DNA of 64,000 nt, from assembly GCA_038213735.1 (NCBI GenBank), contig JBBQSP010000021.1, positions 229 through 64,228 on the forward strand. Reading direction: 5' to 3'. Source of the DNA: Vicinamibacterales bacterium (GTDB taxonomy: Bacteria > Acidobacteriota > Vicinamibacteria > Vicinamibacterales > UBA2999). The position numbers and the translations under genes are program-made. Positions 60,476 to 64,000 of this stretch are shown here, one piece after another (position 1 is the stretch's first letter; each line of letters begins with the position of its first letter). Below the pieces are notes generated by a model that was given only the letters and a program-made list of their open reading frames with translations, was not told the DNA's origin and searched no databases.

Positions 60476-61461
60476 GACTTGTTGGTCCGGCTAAAGCCGG
60501 ACGCCACATTACCTGTAGCATCCGGCTTTAGCCGGCTAGACCAGGATCGCAGCAATCCCGCGAGGCCGGTCGGCATGAAGAGGATCAGCAACACCAGGCC
60601 CAGGCCGAAGATCACCATCTGGTACTCCTGGAGCACCTGGAGGACCTGCGACAGGCCGTAGACGATGAACGTACCGGCGACCGGACCCGAGAGCGACCCC
60701 ATGCCGCCGACCATCACGTAGAGCAACGAGTTGAACGTGACCTCGACGTTCGACGACTCGGGCCCGAGAAAGCCGATGAAGCCCGCATACAGCCCGCCCG
60801 CCAGCCCGGCGAGCGCGGCCGACACCGTGAAAGCCAGCCGCTTGGCGGCCATCACGTCGAGCCCGACCGCCGCGGCCAGCGGCTCGCTTTCGCGAACGGC
60901 CATCAGCGTGCGCCCAACCGGCGAGCGCAGCAGTCGCGCCGTGGCGACCAGCGTCAGCGCGAGGAAGGCCAGCGCCAGGTACGAACGCGCGATGCTGGAA
61001 TCGAAGTGAATCGGACCAATCGGCCCCGGTCCTGGAATGCCGATCACGCCAACGTGGCCGTGGGTCAGCGATTCCCATTTCTGGATCACGATGTGGATGA
61101 TCAGGCCGACGGCGAGCGTGAAGATCGAGAAGTAGTGCCCCTTGCTGCGCAGGCAGATCGATCCAATCGCGTGTCCACACGCGGCCGTGAGGACGATGCC
61201 GGCCGGCAGGCCGAGCCAGAACGCCACGCCGGCCTTGGTGGCGAGCAACGCGACCGTGTATGCGCCAATGCCGAAGAACCCGGCGTGCGCCAACGACAGC
61301 TGGCCGGCGAAGCCGACGATGACGTTGAGGCCGCAGGCCAGGATGGCGAAGACGTAACCCTGCGTCAGGATCTGCAGGTAGTACTCATTCGGCACGATCA
61401 GCGGCAGCCCGGCGCCCGCGGCCAGCGCGAAGCCCGGCGCGAACCGCTTCAGTGACGACAC
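60472..61461 (-). CDS. livM: Branched-chain-type ABC permease (LivM type) with a repeat-encoded C-terminal tail
   Basis: Multi-pass permease. The last ~20 codons ([21 protein letters not shown]) are encoded by the paired CCGGC hairpin element. Confidence 0.85.
   Translation of the reverse strand: MSSLKRFAPGFALAAGAGLPLIVPNEYYLQILTQGYVFAILACGLNVIVGFAGQLSLAHAGFFGIGAYTVALLATKAGVAFWLGLPAGIVLTAACGHAIGSICLRSKGHYFSIFTLAVGLIIHIVIQKWESLTHGHVGVIGIPGPGPIGPIHFDSSIARSYLALAFLALTLVATARLLRSPVGRTLMAVRESEPLAAAVGLDVMAAKRLAFTVSAALAGLAGGLYAGFIGFLGPESSNVEVTFNSLLYVMVGGMGSLSGPVAGTFIVYGLSQVLQVLQEYQMVIFGLGLVLLILFMPTGLAGLLRSWSSRLKPDATGNVASGFSRTNKS
60485..60537. repeat. Paired hairpins GTCCGGC-TAAA-GCCGGAC and CCGGC-TTTA-GCCGG separated by 19 nt
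   Basis: The hairpins are at 60485-60502 and 60522-60535. Both lie inside the livM 3' coding region. Confidence 0.85.
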
Positions 61462-62321
61462 TACGCCGCCTCCTTGAACAGGCCGCTCGGCTTGAACGTG
61501 AACACGAGCGCGAGCACCACAAACGCCACCAGGTCCTGGTAGGTCGCCGAAATGTAGGTGCCGCCCAGGCTCTCGGCGAGGGCCAGCAGGTAGCCGCCCA
61601 CCAACGCGCCGGGCACGCTGCCCATGCCGCCGACCACGACAATCGCAAACGCCTTCAAGGTGATCATCGTGCCCATCGAGGGATACACCAGGCTGATCGG
61701 TGCGACGAGCGAGCCCGCCACTGCTGCGAGGGCGGCGGAAATGGCGAACGTCGCCATCGCCACGCGGTTGGTGTCGATGCCGACCAGCAAGGCACCCTCG
61801 GGGTTCTGTGCCGTGGCGCGAATCGCCGAGCCGGCGACCGTGCGCGTGAGAAACAGCAGCAGGGCGACCATCAGCGCCGCTGCGGCGCCGGCGAGAATCA
61901 GCCGGTGCTGCGTGACGAGCATTCCGAAAACCGAGACCACGCCGGTGTGGGGCGAGTCGACGTGCCGGAACTCTTCGCCCCAGATTTTCTGTGCGACCGC
62001 TTCCAGAAAAAGCATGACGCCGAGCGCCGCGATCATCGCGTTGAGGTGGGGTGCGTGGCGCAGCGGCCGGAAGACCAGCCGTTCGAGCGCGGCGCCGATG
62101 ACGGCGAGCGCAGCGACCGAGACGGCCATGGCCGCCCAGTAGTTCAGCCCGGCGCGGGTCACCAGCGTGTAGGTCAGGTACGCGCCCAGCATGTAAAGGT
62201 GGCCGTGCGCGAAGTTCGGCACATGCATGGTGCCGTAGATCAGCGTCAGGCCGAGCGCGACCAGGCTGTAGACACTGCCGGTGACCAGTCCGTTCAGGAC
62301 CTGCTGGGCAAAGAGTTCCAT
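61461..62321 (-). CDS. livH: Branched-chain-type ABC permease (LivH type)
   Basis: 286 aa, multi-pass, with a typical LivH N-terminus (MELFAQQVLNGLVTGSVYSLVALGLTLIYG). Confidence 0.85.
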   Translation of the reverse strand: MELFAQQVLNGLVTGSVYSLVALGLTLIYGTMHVPNFAHGHLYMLGAYLTYTLVTRAGLNYWAAMAVSVAALAVIGAALERLVFRPLRHAPHLNAMIAALGVMLFLEAVAQKIWGEEFRHVDSPHTGVVSVFGMLVTQHRLILAGAAAALMVALLLFLTRTVAGSAIRATAQNPEGALLVGIDTNRVAMATFAISAALAAVAGSLVAPISLVYPSMGTMITLKAFAIVVVGGMGSVPGALVGGYLLALAESLGGTYISATYQDLVAFVVLALVFTFKPSGLFKEAA

Positions 62322-62334
62322 GGGCTCAGTGGTA

Positions 62335-62811
62335 TCAGTGGTAGTAGCGGACCAGCCACTGAGCGGCGCAGCACGGCTTGGTGCCGCCGTCTCGTTCGAC
62401 CAATACCGACCAAGTCGCCTGCTCGCCCCCTGCGACGGGATCGACGCGCGCCAGCGTGCAGCGGCTGCGCACCCGGGAGCCGGCCGGCAGGGCCGACGGG
62501 AAGCGCACCTTGTTCAATCCGTAGTTGATGCCCATCCTGGTGCCGTCGATCGCGCCAACCGCATCGCGCAACAGGCGGCTGACCAGCGCGAGCGTGAGAA
62601 AACCATGGGCGATGGTGCCGCCATATGGAGACTCCCGCGCCGCCCGTTCGGCATCCAGGTGGATCCACTGGCGATCGCCGGTGACGTCGGCGAACTGTGT
62701 AATGGCCTCCTGGGTCACGACGTGCCAGGGTGACACCATCTCTTTGCCGACGAGCTCTGCCAAACTCAATGTCGTGTCCGGCTTCAGCCGGACCGGCGGC
62801 GTGTCGCTCAC
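62335..62811 (-). CDS. MaoC-like (R)-specific enoyl-CoA hydratase/dehydratase
   Basis: Has a hot-dog fold pattern (FADVTGDRQWIHLD, IAHGFL). GTG 62811 overlaps the ACAD stop (GTGA). A TTG about 40 nt downstream of GTG 62811 would exclude the hairpin. Confidence 0.8.
   Translation of the reverse strand: MSDTPPVRLKPDTTLSLAELVGKEMVSPWHVVTQEAITQFADVTGDRQWIHLDAERAARESPYGGTIAHGFLTLALVSRLLRDAVGAIDGTRMGINYGLNKVRFPSALPAGSRVRSRCTLARVDPVAGGEQATWSVLVERDGGTKPCCAAQWLVRYYH
62776..62793. repeat. Palindrome GTCCGGC-TTCA-GCCGGAC
   Basis: Same stem as 60485-60502. It encodes RLKPD in the MaoC N-terminal region. Confidence 0.8.
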
Positions 62812-64000
62812 AGGGGATACCGATTCGCGTCAATGACCGCATCGGCAATGCGCCGGCGGGCGGCAATGGTCTTGACCGGACCATGACGCAGCAGCGTGTG
62901 CACCCGCTCCACCAGCGCCGACGAATCGCCGGGCTCGATTGCGGCCAGCGCATTCTTGGCGGCATGCTCCAGCCGATCGGCCGCGTCCGCGGCGAACACC
63001 TGCACCATGTCGGCGGCGGTCGCGGCGTGGCCGGCGCCACTGGCCCGCATTTTCTCGGCCCTGAGGATCGCGCTTTCAAGCGCATAGACCTCGATTGCCA
63101 TATCGGCCAGCCGACCCACCACTTCCTGCTCGCTTGACAGGCCCTTGCCGAAGACCTGCGCACCGCGTCCCAACGCAAAGGCGGTGATCCGTTTCGCCCG
63201 CGCGAGCAAGGTTCGCTCGGGTGCGGCGCCGGGCGCGGGCGGGTCGTCGGCGTCGAGCCCACGTGCGGCTTCAGCGGCAATGGCCGGCGCCACGAGCGCG
63301 CTCTTCACCAGCCTGGTGCCGATGATCAGGCGGTTGATCTCGTTGGTGCCCTCGTAGATGCGCGTAATCCGCGCATCGCGATACGCGCGTTCGGCGGGGA
63401 ACTCACGCGAGTAGCCGTTGCCGCCGTAGATCTGGAGCGCCTCGTCTACCGCGAAGGCCAGCGCCTCGCTGGTCCACACCTTGTTGATCGAGCACTCGAC
63501 CGCAAACTCCTCGATGGTCTTGAGCACCGCCGGCACATCGTCCGGGTTAACGGCTGCGAGCGCACGATCGACCTCGCCGAGGGTGCGGAACACCATGGCG
63601 TCGCCGACGAAGCAGCGCACGGCAATCTCGGCGATCTTGTGCTTGATCAGGCCGAAGCTGGCAATCGCCTGGCCGAACTGGCGGCGCTCCTTGGCATAGC
63701 GCACCGCGCCGGTCAGCGCTTGCTTGGCGCCGCCGATGTTGCGGGTGCCCAGCTTGACGCGGCCGAAATTCAGGATGTTGAACGCGACCTTGTGACCTTC
63801 GCCGATGGTGCCGAGCACGTTCTCCACCGGCACCTTCACATCATCGAACATCAGCGCTGTCGTGGACGACCCGTCGAGCCCCAGCTTGTGCTCGTTGGCG
63901 CCGTTGATGACGCCCATGCCGCGTTCGACGATGAAGGCGGTGAAGTGGGTGCCGTCGATCTTGGCGAAGACGGTGAAGATGTCGGCGAAGCCGCCGTTGG
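62808..64000 (-). CDS. Acyl-CoA dehydrogenase (partial, N-terminus outside window)
   Basis: The frame stays open to the window edge (…TAFIVERGMGVINGANEHKLG). Contains YEGTNEI and the ACAD C-terminal helical domain. Confidence 0.85.
   Translation of the reverse strand, partial: NGGFADIFTVFAKIDGTHFTAFIVERGMGVINGANEHKLGLDGSSTTALMFDDVKVPVENVLGTIGEGHKVAFNILNFGRVKLGTRNIGGAKQALTGAVRYAKERRQFGQAIASFGLIKHKIAEIAVRCFVGDAMVFRTLGEVDRALAAVNPDDVPAVLKTIEEFAVECSINKVWTSEALAFAVDEALQIYGGNGYSREFPAERAYRDARITRIYEGTNEINRLIIGTRLVKSALVAPAIAAEAARGLDADDPPAPGAAPERTLLARAKRITAFALGRGAQVFGKGLSSEQEVVGRLADMAIEVYALESAILRAEKMRASGAGHAATAADMVQVFAADAADRLEHAAKNALAAIEPGDSSALVERVHTLLRHGPVKTIAARRRIADAVIDANRYPL

Overview
The window is a high-GC, gene-dense chromosomal segment. 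Its gene content suggests Acidobacteriota: two TIGR03436-like 'VWFA-related acidobacterial' secreted proteins and two CarboxypepD_reg-type TonB-dependent receptors. This placement is inference, not a database result. I call about 55 protein-coding genes and find no rRNA, tRNA, CRISPR array, transposase, integrase or recognisable defence or prophage module.

Gene content in order:
- a GlgE-pathway trehalose/alpha-glucan cluster (glgE-mak fusion, treZ, treS, plus a glycosyltransferase)
- a start/stop-coupled ABC block with two ATPases and two permeases, followed by secreted, VWFA and unknown proteins
- a PilZ gene with a degenerate receiver
- short-chain beta-oxidation genes and folE
- a coupled hydrolase / CoA-transferase / PLP-decarboxylase operon, divergent from a membrane hexapeptide-transferase / GT2 / GT-C / DedA envelope locus
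- actP-yjcH
- a large radical-SAM protein that looks like a bacterial homologue of archaeal tetraether lipid synthase (Tes/GDGT-MAS)
- an amino/guanidino-compound catabolic cluster
- a Liv-type ABC importer embedded in a fatty-acid beta-oxidation operon

Three signals are not explained by ordinary annotation:
1. An in-frame TGA cuts the conserved C-terminus of the GlgE-maltokinase fusion.
2. The Tes-like radical-SAM gene.
3. At least six families of short structured repeats sit exactly on gene boundaries. They supply stop codons and possibly a ribosome-binding site. In four genes they are carried in frame inside coding sequence (ABC ATPase, class I aminotransferase, LivM, MaoC).

Start codons are my best guesses. 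Family calls come from motifs I recognise by eye, with no searches run.
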